From assembly GCF_009914755.1 (NCBI RefSeq), contig NC_060946.1: a stretch of DNA of 64,000 bases. The stretch is one strand, 5' to 3'. A program made the position numbers and the translations under genes. Of the stretch, positions 22,305 to 41,556 are shown in pieces (positions within the stretch are counted from its first letter, which is position 1; every line of letters starts with the position of its first letter). The notes below the pieces were generated by a model. The model saw only the letters and a program-made list of their open reading frames with translations, was not told the origin of the DNA and ran no database searches. This DNA is from the human T2T-CHM13v2.0 reference genome, Homo sapiens.

Positions 22305-24779
22305 TGAGATCTTGCCCAGATTTAAATGAAGGATGTGGGGTTCAGGATTGGTACAGCAGAGGAAAAAAGTCTCTCTCTCTCCCCACTCCCCTCTTTTTGC
22401 TGTGATCTATTTTTTTTCCCACACTTTTCACAGGTGTTGTCCTGTGATCTATTTCTATTTGGTGGATCTCTTTTCCCCTCATGTTGAGAATAATGGCTGA
22501 GGTGTGGTGTATCCTTTAATTTTGAAAGGAAACGGCATGATGGTTTTGCGGTTTAATCATGAGACACAAGAACAGCTTTTGTTGTGTGGTGATACCATAC
22601 CCTGAATTGAGATTATCAGTGTCAGACATATATTACTGCACTTTTTTATCTTCTTCGCTTAATCAAAATAGATTTTAATGGAATTTATTATTCACTTACT
22701 GTACAGTAAAATTACTTTTATAACTTTCCATTGTGTTTTTCTTGTAAATTGAGGTATTTGGCCTCTATTTTTCAAAACAGACAAAAGTTGTATTCAGGTT
22801 AGGTTTGGATCTGGTATATTAGCATCTTAAATTCTCAAGTCTCCTATAAACCTGTTCTCTTAGGCCAGCTATGGCTGCAGAAGTCAGTTATAGATAAACA
22901 TTGAGAGGGGAGATCACATCATCCTTTGTTTTCCATTTCTGAAATAACGGCAGACACGTGGCACATGTCCTGAGCCTGGGGTGGTGCCGTTCCTTTTGTT
23001 GCTCTATCTGTATGGGAGCTAACCTTTTGACAATTTTTATGGCAAATGCTAGGGCAGCTTGTGAGCTAATTAGAAGAAACTGATAAGTGAATGCTGAGTT
23101 TGTCGATTCTCTTTCATTTTCTGCAGAGGAGACAGCCGTTGAAACGGCATTCTTCGTGTGGCTGATAATTTAGCCCACCAGACCCCTATGAAAGGGAATA
23201 TTGCTTCTCTCTTAGCTTTTTCCACATTTTAGTATTCTCTTTAAAGCCAACATTTCTCCATAGGTTCTAATACCTAGGCATTTCATATATAGTAGCCAAA
23301 TTCAGTTCACTTTCTTCAAGAAAGTTGTCCTTTTCAAACTGTGGCCTTTTCCTGTCATGGGTCTGGTTTCTTACTCACCCCGCACTGTTGTATCAGCAGG
23401 TACTAGGATTTGATTGCTGATGACTGTATGTCCCAAAGAAAACAGTGGGAGAAATGCAGCTGTCAAAGCAAAAAACAAATAGCAGTTTTAAGGTTGAGTC
23501 TCAACCTGGCCAGTTGCAAGATGGCTGTTCAGTAGATGTTATTCCTAATGCTTCCCTGGTTAATAGAACTCAATCAGTCCTGCAGGTTATTGGTGCTGGT
23601 TGCTTCCTATAACAGAAAAGTACTGCATTCCAGCTACGTTCCTGCTGTGGAACATAAGTGCTTAGTGCTATTTACTTAAAACATTCTAGGTTGATAAATT
23701 ACAAGCCCTTCACTCTGGGTAAAGCTCATAAATCCAGCTCCTACAAAAAAAATAGCAAGCTGATAGCACTTAGTCCTGTTTATAAAGTTCATACACATCT
23801 ATCCATGATATAGGCACAAGTATATATCTATGAAATAGCACTGCAGCCTGTTAAAGTAATGGGTGAGCACAGCCACAAAGGCGAGAAGCATCCGACTTCC
23901 AGACTCCTCCTATTAGTCTCTATGCCTGAAGGGCACCTTGAGGAGGAGGTCTGTGGAAGGGAGCTTCCAGGCATTGGAGTCCACATTTGTGCTCCTTTCT
24001 CTCTTTCTTCTTCCCGCAAGTCACCTTTCTCACGCCCTCCACCTCTCTCTTTCCTTCTGCAAAATGAGCATCTGCCTCTTAGCCTCCCTCTTCGTCACTA
24101 GGCTGAGATGAGGCAGGGAACCGTGGTGGATCCAGAGCAGTTTGAACACTTTGGCTGCGTGGAAAGCGATGGGGTTAAATGAGCATTTAATCAGAACCAG
24201 GAGCTGTTCTTTTGGCAACCTGTTGAGGAAAAATGATAAACCCTAACAAAAAGGCCCTCAAGTGGCACGAGTGCAGGGCCTGAAAGCGTTACGTGCCATC
24301 AGTTATCCAAAAAGAACATTTTTTAACCAGAAAATAAACATGAGACTCATCCCACTAGTCCTAGGTTCTTGGAGCCCCACAGGTATTGTTGCAGGATGCA
24401 TCATTGCTTCGAATCAGTGACTGAACAACCCAGTTCCTAATCAGCGTGGAGAGTCAGAATTGTCACACGCACTGGGCTGAAGCTGCATATTCAGTACTGC
24501 ATTGAACATTCAGTACTGCAGATAGGATAATTATGCTGTTTGTCAGATACTAGAAAAGTGCAAAGAACATTCCTTCACTTTGCAACAGCTTGGACCCAAG
24601 TGGCAGACCTGCTGTTCCCTCAGGCTGGCGTGACCTCCCTATTGTCAGCCCCTTCACCACAGCTCAACTACCCCCCTGGCTTTCAAGATACAGCTCAAAC
24701 AGCATCTCTCCTCAGGAAAGACCTTACTCCCGGAGACCCAGGCCCGAGTTGTGTTGCCACTGTACCCTGTTCTGTTAGC

Positions 24780-27290
24780 ACTTACCAGGTTGCATTTTTG
24801 TGATCCATTTACCTGTCTTCCCTGTCAGACATGAACAGGGACAGTGTCTTGTCCTCAATTCATCATTTTTCTCCTGTTTTGAGCACAATGACCAGGACGT
24901 AGTGGATGCTCAATAAAGGTTTGTCAAATGACTGATAGTATGGTTAGCTCAGTGAGAATTGATGGTGCCCTTTGTGATCTGTCATCCATCATCCTTGGTG
25001 TGAAGCAGGGCTGGGAGGCTTTAAACAGTGCCACTTGAGAATCTAAGGAGAGGTGGCAGAGTTACAATTAACAATAACTACCCCTTACTGAGTATTTATT
25101 TGCTATGGGCCAAGCACTCTCTTAGGGTTTTTAAATGAATCAATGCACTTAATCCTTAGATCAATCTGCTAAGACGAGTTCTGTTTATTATCCCCTTTGC
25201 AAAGCACAAGGAAGTTCAGTCACTTGCCCAAGGTCACACAGTGACAGTGCAGAGATTCATACCAATGGAGACAACCATCACTTATCTATATTCCTTTTAG
25301 ACTAGTTCCTGGAAAGATTAAGCCCTCATGTCCTGAGGCATCCATCTTAGGTAACAATTTAACTTCTCTCTTGTTTCTAGAATGGTATTAGTGTGTTCCC
25401 TACTTGGGAGAATGGAGAAAATGGTCACCAGATAACTTTCTGTGTTTTTTGGTTCAGATGAGATAGGTAGAGTTAGTTGACAAAGAATTGATTTTATGTA
25501 TTTATTTTTATTTTGTTTTTTTTGTTCTTGATTTTAGATGGTAGTTTCGGTCCTTTTGGAAACATAGCATTATCCTCCAGCCAGACTGAACTATCCTACT
25601 CCCATTTCCTGTAAGGACGACTGACCTCTTTTTTGCCTCTAGACTTGTGCATATGCTATTCCCTCTGCCTGGAACATACTTACCTGCTTGCTCCTCTTTC
25701 CCCAAGCCCAGTCTTCACTTGGTTCCTCTTTTCTACCATGAGCCAGTTTAGATGTCATTTCCCTACCTGCCCAGGATAGGAGGTTCCCACAGCCGCTGGG
25801 TGTCCTGTTGTGGCACTCACAAGTGTTATAGTGCTGAAAGCCCACTCCTGGGGTTTTTATGTGTGCGATGAAGGAGGTGATTATCTTTTCCCAGCTAGTT
25901 CATATCCTAGTCCTCTGAGTGTAGAGACTTGTTTCTTTTTCCCCATTTGTCCCCTGCACCTTGGGCGGTGCTTGGACACAATGTGTGTGTTCACTAACTA
26001 TTTGTGGAAGAGGTGGGTGAGCGGGAGTTAACTGGCTTTAAGTCTTTGAGTTTTGGGTTTTTGAAGTAGTCAAGTCCGTCCACAGTCCGTCCTGTGGACA
26101 GCCATTGTTTGCCATGTCTTGTATGTACACACTTGCCTGGGCACTGTGGGGAGCAGAAAGAGGACTAATACTGCCCTTGTGCTGAGGCACCTACAGTCTC
26201 GGGAGATGTTCAGAGGACAGTGAGTCACTTCACAGCATCAGCATGGTATAGTGGATGAGTGATGACACTGAAGATGAGCTTGGTCATATTCTGGCAAGTT
26301 GGCTGACACCTGGAAGTCCCGTCCACACCCCAAGACCTCTTTTCCCAGGGTGTCCTGAGAACCACCCAGAGCAACTGTGACCAATGGCGCTTGTTTTTAA
26401 AGAAGTAGAAACCCAAATTAGGAAGACTGAGCAAACCTCATGCATTTGGGGAAGGGCTTGTTGGAAAGTGGAACCTGATGTAGGTAGCAACATGTTGAGG
26501 TTAGATTTAACCAAACAGAAAGACTTCTTAATTGCTTAAAGACAAAATTTTATTTTATAAGTGGAATTAGGGCTTTAAATCAAATATGTTTGAACGTCTT
26601 TACTTGGTTTCCTCAGGCACCTTCACTCATCTTGTCTAAAACTTAATTGCTGGTCTATCCCTGCCAGATTTGCTGCTTCTCCTTGATTCCATCTCTCCTT
26701 TAGTGGAACCACCTGGTACTCAAGCCAGACACACAGGTGTCCCTCTTAATTCTGTCTCCTCTGGTCCTGTTCAGGCACCTGTTCTGTGACTCTGCCTCTT
26801 TTCCGTTTCTCAGGCTGCCTTCTCTCCCTTCTACTGCCTTCCTTATGTCAGGGGTTGGCCTACTTTCTGGCCTTCTTGATCCAGGGCTTCTTTTGTTCAA
26901 CTCATACTCCACCCTGTTGTCAGAGCCCATCCAGATTGCAGATTGGAGCCTATGACTCGTCTGCTCAAGGGTCTTCAAAGACTTTGCAGCTTTTGGCTGA
27001 AGTTGAGCCACCTGGTCCCAAATGGAGCCCCATTCCCGCCATGCCACCTCCTGTCTGTTTAAGCTTTACAAGATGACTTGCAGTTTCCTGTAGAAAGCAT
27101 GACTTTTAAAAAAAGACTTATTTCCTTCTCTCCTGCATCTAACTCTCACTTGCTCTTTAAAGCCTTCTCTGACCTAGGTCTTGCCTGTTTCTCCTGCAGA
27201 ACACTGCTTCCACCATTTTGTAGCATCAGTGTCTAACATTGGTTGGCATGTAGGGTGTGCTCTATAATCCTTGTTGAAAGAATAAGTGGG
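24780..27290. mobile_element. Degraded L2 and MIR fragments
   Basis: L2 3' end gtggatgctcaataaaggtttgtcaaatgactga (about 24900-24935). MIR cacttgcccaaggtcacacag (about 25220). Confidence 0.5.
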
Positions 27291-28684
27291 AGGTAACAGA
27301 GGCTTAATTCACATTGAGCTGTAAACGAGCAATATCTGACTCTTCTGAGAATGGATTTTGTTTCAAACACTGGTTACTTACTGGAAAAGGTGTCTGGGGA
27401 GTGCTGGACAGCAAGAACAAAGGGACCCCACAGAACAGGAAAAGAGGCACTCTAGGGTCTGCGGTTTGCCTATGTTAGATCACCGTGAAAAAGGCCAGTG
27501 TATGCTTTGGCAGCTGGCAAAGAATCCTGTGACTCAGTTTCCTTATTTGCACAAAAAGGGTATGAGTCTACATTAGGTAATTACTCATGCTCATTTCCAA
27601 CTCTTGACAGTCTACGATCCTTTGTGTCAAAGTTAAAAATCTAAGTAGGGCATTCTGAATTGGTGTCAGAGTTGATGCACTTCTCACTGTATTGCAAGTG
27701 CCAAGGGGACAAATACATTGTCTTTTTGCATTCAACAAAGACAGTTTTGCATTTTAAAAACAAAGTAGAAGGGAATACAGGAAAACTGCATTAATACAAT
27801 TTTATGCTGGAGAATTTAAACTCCCATGTCAGGAAATTCACTCATCATTCCCTTGGCAGCTTTTGTTTCTCTGCACTGCACACCCCACTTACAGACAGCC
27901 CCTTCTTGCCAAAGCCCAGCCCAGCCATGACCATGAGTTATGGCAGATTGGGAATCGTTACCTTGATCTTCTCAACCCTTGGGTGTTTACCTTTTCCAAG
28001 TTAATGCCTGTTCTTTAATGTTACATTATCTTGTAGCAAGGTAGTCATTTATAATTTATATACTAGAGCTGCCTTAAAATAGAGACAAGAGGATAATCAG
28101 CATCCTGAAACTTCTAGTTTTCCAAAATAACATTTCTTCAGTGAAGTCTGCCTGTAGGAATTAAAACTTTTGGTGAATTAAAAAGCTTTTTGTCCTATTG
28201 TCAGACTGGGAAATGGATGTGCCCATTACTCAGCCTTAAAAACGAGGAAGGAGATCATCTGTTAAAAATAAAACTCATCATTTTCTTTTATTCTTCTCAA
28301 AATAATCCCTAAAGACCTCAATCTTTATAGTGTTCCAGTGGCCCCACTATAGTCAGAGAGGAGACAGGGCAGAAGTTGAAGGACAGATAGGAGAAACGGC
28401 CCTGCTAAAAGATAAAAGCCAGTATGCATCTCAGCTACTTGTCTGCTGTGGTCCTGATATTCTTCCATCTAGGTTGCTGCTTTGCTTGACTTTGACTGCA
28501 AACACAGAGAAGGGATGGGCTTTCCTGTTGAGTACCTTGTAGAGAACCCACTGTTCATTCATATGTGTTAAAAATGAAAAGCCTACTTGAAAACTCCCCT
28601 GTAGAATCAGGTTTTAGCAAAAACCAATCAGGTATCAGAGGTCTAACTTATTTTTCCCTTCTTGGTTTTATAGCAAGTCTCTAA

Positions 28685-28990
<306 letters not shown>

Positions 28991-29296
28991 TGCCTAAGAA
29001 TTTTTTTCATTCCTTTTCATTATATACATCTTCAGTGTGCCAAGACTTTGAGTGGAGATTTCTAATGAGGGCAGGAAGGGACGGATGCTTCTGCAATTGA
29101 GTGGTCTCATTTTTCCCATGTCTGTCGAAAGATTACTCTTTCATGACCACCATTTCTATGATGCATCTCATATGATCCTAATGCACTCGAGTTTGTATTT
29201 GAATGTCCATCTGATATTTAGGGGTGGTTGGGGCAAGGAGGGGGCAAGCAGCAACTAAGGGGTTGTATGGGAACATCCTGGTGGTTTAACTTGAAA

Positions 29297-29310
29297 GCCA
29301 CTAGGTGGCA
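29297..29310 (+). promoter_or_regulatory. CTCF-like core motif
   Basis: GCCACTAGGTGGCA, about 0.8 kb upstream of exon 2. Confidence 0.55.
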
Positions 29311-30114
29311 ACATTTACTAAGTTGCCAGCCATTCTCTTCCCTTAAGACATTGAACTTGCTTTTCCACATAGCAGATGGAATAGCTGAGAAAAGAGATTG
29401 CCATTGCTTCAGGTTCTTTTGAAAGTGAGGCTATAGGATAAACACACTACAGTATATTGATATCTATTCGTCACCTGGGTTTAGATACCAGGAGTTTGAA
29501 TTTGCTCTGGGTGACTGGGTGAGTAGCTTCCCCTTTGGCCTCAGTTAGGCATCCTTGACAGGACAGACCTGTGATTGGACTGTCTGGTCTCTCATGGTTC
29601 TTTTTCTCCATGATTTATGACTTTGATTATGATTTCTTTATATTAAAAAAAAACTTGTAGTAAAACCAGTCTTATTTAAAGGAATACTAGCCTTTTATCA
29701 AAGGGCAAAGTAATGATTTAAAAAAAAAATCAACAACAAAATTTCAAGGGAATGAATGTCCCTAGAAGCTAGCCATCTCCCCGAGTTAACTTAAGAGGCT
29801 AGACTCTCCTAAATGAGGATGCTTATTTACCAGCTTTCCTAAATTAGCAGCTTTGGAGATGTTAAAATCCGTAAGGAACTGTCCAAGGGATGTATTGTGT
29901 ATGCTTTGCAGTGATTAAGCCATTAAGCTCTAATTGGTATTTTCCCACTCATGGGTTTGTAAAGGAAGCTTTAAAATTATTTAGGAATTCAGTCCTCATC
30001 AGCTGTCTTAGTGTCATCCCCACGTTTTGGAACCTGAGAGTGGAGAGTGCAGAGAAAAGGTTTTATTAATGATTTTTGCTCACAGTGTCCTTCCCCATTG
30101 GTTTGTTATTGCAG

Positions 30115-30240
30115 ATGAAGTGGAAAGGGAAGGACCTCTTTGATTTGGTGTGCCGGACTCTGGGGCTCCGAGAAACCTGGTTCTTTGGACTGCAGTACAC
30201 AATCAAGGACACAGTGGCCTGGCTCAAAATGGACAAGAAG
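30115..30240 (+). CDS. NF2: NF2 exon 2 (126 nt, aa 39-80, FERM F1)
   Basis: ttgcag|ATGAAG...AAGAAG|gttggg; [42 protein letters not shown]. Confidence 0.98.
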
Positions 30241-31713
30241 GTTGGGCTAGAACTCGATGAAACTGGTGGGGCTGACGTGAGCTTTCCAGTTTTTCCCTGA
30301 GCAGGCGCCTAGCTCATCACTGGGGCGCTGTAGCTGTATAGTAGAGAAGGGGGCACATTCCTGAATTAAGTCATGCAGAAAGCAGGACGTAGAGATGCTA
30401 CCAGTTTCCTTCTCCTCACAGGCTCTCCTGGGCAAGCAGAAGTTACCAGGATTAGACTGCTGCTGGCCCTGGCTTCTTTACCCATTGTTACCAGCCTGAT
30501 TGCTTCTGGCTTTATGCCTTTCAGTTTATGAATAAAAACTTCATGAATAAAAATTACTGTTATCTTCATATACTTAAAAATAACCAATTTGTGTCTTTTA
30601 GAGAGTATTGGGGCTTGTGTTCTTTAGGGAATTTTTTAAAGTCTTTTTGAGGAACACCATAGTCTGACATGAAGTAATCATTAATATGATCTAAGGAATA
30701 GAGAGTGCCTGGTCCCCAGGGTGAAAGAATGTCCATTTTGTCCTCAGGATTCTCTGGGGCTTCTGACACATGGCCAAGAAAGCTGGGCTCCTGGCAATTT
30801 TAATGTGGCTTGGAAATGAATATTGCCTAAAGGAACTGCCCTCTGCATGGGTTCATATGTTCACACAAGGATACACTTGCTTACTGACCTGCCTACCTAG
30901 CCATGAAAGGCAGGCGGGGAGCAGGACCATATGCTTTTGTCAGTAACTCCTAAAAGACACCTGAACTTCAAAGTAAGTCAATGTCTAATTCTTACCCCAA
31001 ATGATGCCCCCTCCAGTTGCCTACCTGAGCATAATAAATAATGAAAGCTTCCTATTTTTTTTTTTTTTACCAGTTTGACTCAAAGCTTAAGTGTTCGAAT
31101 TGTGTTCACATATGTACACAGTAATCTAAATAATCACATGGGAATCCCTGCTGGTTGTAAGTTCAATGGTAATTCCCAATGATCATGAGCATCTAAGTGC
31201 CACTGGGGGCCACTGTCAGTGAGGGTGTCGTAGACCAGATTTTGAATCTCCTTGGCATTGCCATCTAGAATTTGGGCAGGAGCATGGAGAGTTATGTGTC
31301 AAAGACAGCAAAACTTTTTGTATGTTTTTCATGATTCTTAGCAAAGTGAATTTTAATGATAGCTGAGTGTAGGCCAAATGGATATTAGACTGGGGGCATC
31401 AGGAGCCGTGGAACTTGCTGCTCAAGGGAAATACATCATGACACATGTTAATGGAGCCTTGTAGCCTGTCACATGGCGTGTTTATGTCTTGAAATTCACT
31501 CTGGAGAGCAGATGGTTCAAGCTTTACAGGGGTGAATGGAATTGTTAGAAGATTTAAAGGCAGTGGTTTACAGACTGTGCTTCAAGTATTTTGTGGGGCA
31601 TCTCTGGAGGTTCCTTGAAACAAAGGGTTGCCATGATGGACACATTTTATTCTGTTGCTCAGTTAATGTTTAGATGACTTCATAATGATCTAGTTCATCA
31701 TCTCTAAGCTGTA

Positions 31714-32100
<387 letters not shown>

Positions 32101-32453
32101 TAATTAAAAAACCTTCCACCTACCATAAAGGACAGTGTCCAAGACTGCTGAGTGATACATTTCTAGTTTTTAACTATTCTGTGGCCCTGAGAACATTTAT
32201 GCCTTAATCCTAGCTCTGCTCACTTCTTGGGGCTATTGATTAATTTGTTTCAGAAACACCATAGGAAGTGAATATTACCTCTTGCTATAGGTGACTTTGT
32301 GAATACTTCAAACTGTAAAATCACAACTTTCAGGAAATGTGATAAATTTAGTGGGAAAAAAATTTAATTCACGCCTTGCAAAGGCTTCTTTGAGGGTAGC
32401 ACAGGAGGAAGTGCCAATATAGTGTGTTTGTCTTTTGCTCTGCAATTCTGCAG

Positions 32454-32576
32454 GTACTGGATCATGATGTTTCAAAGGAAGAACCAGTCACCTTTCACTT
32501 CTTGGCCAAATTTTATCCTGAGAATGCTGAAGAGGAGCTGGTTCAGGAGATCACACAACATTTATTCTTCTTACAG
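32454..32576 (+). CDS. NF2: NF2 exon 3 (123 nt, aa 81-121)
   Basis: ctgcag|GTACTG...TTACAG|gtacat; [41 protein letters not shown]. Confidence 0.98.
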
Positions 32577-32966
32577 GTACATCAGTCAAGGCTACCCCCC
32601 AGTTCTGAGAGAACTTGCCCAGGAGTGGTTGCAGAGTTGGCCTCAGAGTTGACCACAAACACCTTTGTATTGCAAAAATATTCTACCTCTGGAAGGTCAG
32701 CCCCTTTGGTTCTGTAATGGAAAAAAGGCTTCAGAACAGAACTATACTTGAGTGATGAAAATTGGTGTCAGATGAAATTGTGAAGGTGTGATGGTGAAGA
32801 ATGGATACAAGTAGCTACCTAACTTAAAACCTCCTTGAAAATGGGTCCTATTTTCTTCTAGCTAACTTAAAAGTACTCAATAGTTTCAAAGGAAGGCTAA
32901 AGAGAGAGTCTTATAAAGCAGTAGTTCTTCCAAAAGTTTAAAATCTGCTCTCATTAAGAGAGGACT

Positions 32967-34505
<1,539 letters not shown>

Positions 34506-35565
34506 GGGATGTTCTTGCAGTTTTTCTATAGCGTTGCTTTTTCCCCCCCTCTCTTTGGAAATGAAACCAAGGGATTAGAAAGTTGCACTGCTTGAGAAAC
34601 ATCTCAGGTTTCATTTTCTCTCTAAGAATGTAAAATCACTTTTAAAACCTAAGAAGAATTTTTGTGTTTGAACGTAAACACCTAACAATGTCCTAGGTCC
34701 CAGAATGTCCTAATGTTATAGAAATGGCTTTCTTGTAAGTACTTGGAAGCACTGCCTGTCTCTTGTGTGACTGACTTGATTTTCCCCATACTGAAATGTT
34801 AAGGCATTTTTATGACTGAGCAAGGCAAAATTTACTGCTTTTATGAATCCGGTGACTGTTGACATCTGTGAGAGGAGAGCTGGCTTTCCTGCTGTGTTTA
34901 TTTCAGTGTCCCCCTGCCACGTCATGCAGTTGTCTTGCTTCTGTGTCTGGAACATCCCAAGTTGCACCATTCTAAGAAAATTAAGTGCAATGAAATATGT
35001 TAATTCAACATTATGGCTTAAGAATTATATTTCCTGGACCTCACGTGTACTTAAAAGTTGAATCGATCAAATTTTATTGCTTCCTTTTCCCTTAGAGCAG
35101 CACGTTGAGAGTGATGGTTTTTTCTGCAATCATAACTCAGTGGCCTTGGTGACTTTTGTCTTGTGTTAATACTTAAAAGTAGATCCATTTCCTCTGGGGC
35201 CATGCATATTCAAAGGGGCTGAGGCTGTAGTCATCCCCAGAGCTGCTCTTGACACTTCTTGAGTTCATAGCGCTCTGTCACACAGCCTCTGTTGTAACTA
35301 CAGAGACCGTTTTTACTCTTCAGCATTGATCATGAAGAGAAGAGATAAGGGGTTTTTATGCATAGCCGTCATACCAGTAACTTCTGTGACTGAACTCTCC
35401 ACCTGTCTGCATCAGTAAAAAAAAAATTGTACCCTTTGTCAGAAAATTATTAACAGGCTGCTCTGGCAGCCCTCATTAGAACGCCGTGAGGCCATCTGTT
35501 GTGATCAGCCTACACACCTCACTTCCACTCACAGAGTATCATGTCTCCCTTGTTGCTCCTTTCAG

Positions 35566-35649
35566 GTAAAGAAGCAGATTTTAGATGAAAAGATCTACTG
35601 CCCTCCTGAGGCTTCTGTGCTCCTGGCTTCTTACGCCGTCCAGGCCAAG
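35566..35649 (+). CDS. NF2: NF2 exon 4 (84 nt, aa 122-149)
   Basis: tttcag|GTAAAG...GCCAAG|gtaggc; [28 protein letters not shown]. Confidence 0.97.
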
Positions 35650-36360
35650 GTAGGCTCAAAGAAGAAAAATGTATTTTTCCTGGGCGTTAATTTGGGTCAT
35701 GGGATCACTCCTATCTTCTCTTTCTTTGGGTTTTCTGTACTTCAGAGAGACTTGCCCCAGAAAGTGAGATGTTATGGGACTTGTGGACTTGAAGAACCAC
35801 TGTCACTGTTCCAGTGTTTGTATAATCTTGTGTGTGTATGTGTGTGTGTGTGTATGTGTGTGTGTGGTGTGCAGAAATTATAAGTATCGTTCTAATGAAT
35901 TAGAATTCATTCTAAGTGAATTCATTCAGAAAGATGAATTTCCTGTGTAATCTCATTATGTACATGTGGTTTATGACATTTACTGGAAAAACCTTTTTTC
36001 TTTTTTTTTTTTAAACCATAAACTCAACCATGTGGTACAACCTTTCTATTAGCCAGGAAAAATGAATTTATGGTCTCCAATTTTAGCCAAACATGGCCTT
36101 TAGGTCAGAAAGGCCCAGGTCCTCACTCCAAACTCATTTGCAAACAAGCTGCCTTGTGTGTGGACACTACACTACACCTTCAGAGAATGCCCTGCTTCAT
36201 CTGCCCCTGATTGACATGCTAGCTGTTCATGTGGCTAAGCACTGCAGGTGCTGTGGCCCACCAAGCCCACTTGAGCTGTCTGGTTAGCTGAAAATCGTTC
36301 ACTTCCGTTAAATCACTATAGACCTTTTTTTTTTTTTTACAAGACCGATGAGAGGGTTAG

Positions 36361-38338
<1,978 letters not shown>

Positions 38339-40236
38339 ACTTGTGTGATTTTAAAACATAATCTTTTCACTTATTTTTCTTTTTAATTAAAGGTGTTCAT
38401 GAAGCCATTTCCCTTAAGGTTAGAAAAAATAATAAAATACTCTTAACTCACTTTTTGGGGTAGATTAATGCAATTTCAGATCAAAGCCAGGAAGTAACTG
38501 TCATTTGTGGGGAAAAAAGGCTATACATGCTAGTCAGACCAATAGAAGCACCAAAGTCAATTTAATCATTTGATGGCTCATGTAATATTTGCTGAGTATT
38601 CATCAGGCCCAGGGTGGGGAGAGAGCATGAGAGTTGTTGACCATCTCATAGTTGCAGGCACTAAAGCAAGTATCTGCCCTCAGTGATTTGCCCAAGATCA
38701 TTCAGACAATCTTGGGCAAAGCTAAGAGCAGAAGGGTAGAATTCATGGCTTTGAGATTGCATTTTGTGCCTCCAATATTCTACTTTCCTGAAAAATTAGT
38801 AATTGAGAAAACAGAAAATGGGCCCTCATTCAACTAAAACATATGCTTCCTTTTATGCTTTGATCAAGAATATTAGTAAGAGGAAAAATGTGTCCTTTCA
38901 ATCAGTATCACCCCGACAGTGATGAAGCAGTCATTGGCACTTTGATTAAATCCGAGCACTTCCTGGCCTGGAGTTGAGTTCCTTTTCGCACGCTTTCTCC
39001 CCAGCGAGAGCAGACCCAGCCTCTCAAGGACACCACCTCTCTTTGAAGGGCTTCCATCTCAAAGGCTACATTTTCTTTCCATGGATTTTTGGGCCACAAA
39101 TTCAAAGGCCACCTGTAGAAAAAAATTACTTTTCAGTGAACCAGCAGATGTTTGCTTAAACAGGTTTCACTGTAGGAAAGCCCTGCTAATTTGGATCGTA
39201 CTAATTTGGAGATGAAAGTGATTCACAGACGACATATGTGGCTCACATGGAGGAGGATGTTCTAGCTATTTTTTCTGGTGTAAATTTTAAGGATCTTACA
39301 AATAAAGGTAATCTATGGCTTAAAGTCTTCATTTGGGAAACTAAGGCTTACTATGACATACTTCCAGTTTCTAGGACTGCTGGTTAATAGTTAAAGGATA
39401 TCTGATTATAATATTAATAAGATCTTACATGCCCATAGTGTTTTCTAGTTTTACCAAAGCAATACAAATGAATATTTTGTGCGACACTCAGTGTAGTCTT
39501 TCCAGAAGCCAAGGCTTGAGAGTATTATGCCTGTTTTGCAGATGAGGAATTTAAGGCTCAGAAAGGGATTTGTGACTTGTGCAAACTCACAATACTTTTA
39601 TGTTAAGCCTATTTTTATGAAATTTTTAGCCCACTTCTCGATGGAGAGGATTTCAGGCCAAATAGAATGAGTGGAGCTGGGATGGGAACCCTAGTGTCCA
39701 GGCTGCCTAAGTTAGCACATTGCACTTGCCTGTCACTGTCTAGCTTGAGGGAGGTCTTTGGGTAGCAACCACTGCCTTTCACTAAAGGCTAGTTTCATTT
39801 ATATGATCACATTTGTCTAAGTTCTTCAGTAAGTCATACTGGTTCCTTCCATTATATTCAGCTTGTTTTCTTCCACAACCTTTCTGAAACAGAAAGGAAC
39901 TTTAGAAGTGTGGAAGGGAAAGCGAATTGAGCTCATTAACACATGGAATGTAATTATGCACAAATGTATTCATTACAGTATTTCAGCTGTTGGAATGATA
40001 TAGACACAGTTAATTCCAAAGCATAAAGAAACAATTACCCTCAAAGTATAAATACAATACTAATCACATGGTTCAGTTAACAAGAACCATATATGAGTTA
40101 TACTTGAATCAAAAGTGTAGGCAGGGACTGGGCACAGTGGCTCACACCTGTAATCCTAGCACTTTGGGAGGCCAAGGAGGATGGATCACCTGAGGTCAGG
40201 AGTTCTAGACCAGCCTGACCAATGTGGTGAAACCTA

Positions 40237-40524
<288 letters not shown>

Positions 40525-41298
40525 TTATTGAAAATGACTTTGGGAGAGAATGGCATATAATTTATGAATCTCATGTTGCTGTGTGCAGACTCCTAGTGAT
40601 CAGAAGAGAGAAAAGAATTGTGGGAAGGGAAGCTTAGTTTCTTAGTACTCTTTAATGCAAATCAGGGACAGAGTGCCAAAGTACAATTGAGTTAGAAAAT
40701 TGAGTGTGTAAAGTGTAGGTAGAGAGTGGCAAGAGTTGAGGCTGGAGAGGTATGCAAAAAATCAGATCTTAAAAGGTCTTAACTTTATCCTGTAGGCGAT
40801 GCAGTGAAGGGTTTATATTTTAGATAGAGCCTGTAGTGGCTGTGTGATGGACAGATTGGAGTGAGACAACTTTGGAAACAGGGAGACCTATTAGAAGGCT
40901 GTGATAGTTGCCCTGGTGAGAGAATATTAGGTTCACACTTCAGGTGGTTGGTTGGATGGGGGCTGACTGATTTAAAAATATCCAGGAGATAAAAAGTTGA
41001 TTAGATGGTGCTATACTCTGCATATCCCTTTTTTTCATATCCTTTTACAGAATGGTATTTTTCTTCCCACTCAGCATCTACTTTGAGATGTATCCATGTT
41101 GTGTGTATAGATGTAGCTCACTGATTTTAATTGATTTAATATGGTAACCACTGATAAATAAACCTAGTTTATTTATCTGTTCCTCTTCTGAGGGAGAGGT
41201 AGTTTGTTTCCACTTTTTCCTTATTATCTAAACAGTGCTCAAATGAAGATCCTTTTATGTGATTCCTTATGTACATGTGCAAATGCTTTTTCCCCTTA

Positions 41299-41556
<258 letters not shown>

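Noticed and set aside
30318-31215. Weaker CTCF-like strings (cactggggcgctg; ccactgggggccac)
   Set aside because: The core spacing does not match the consensus.
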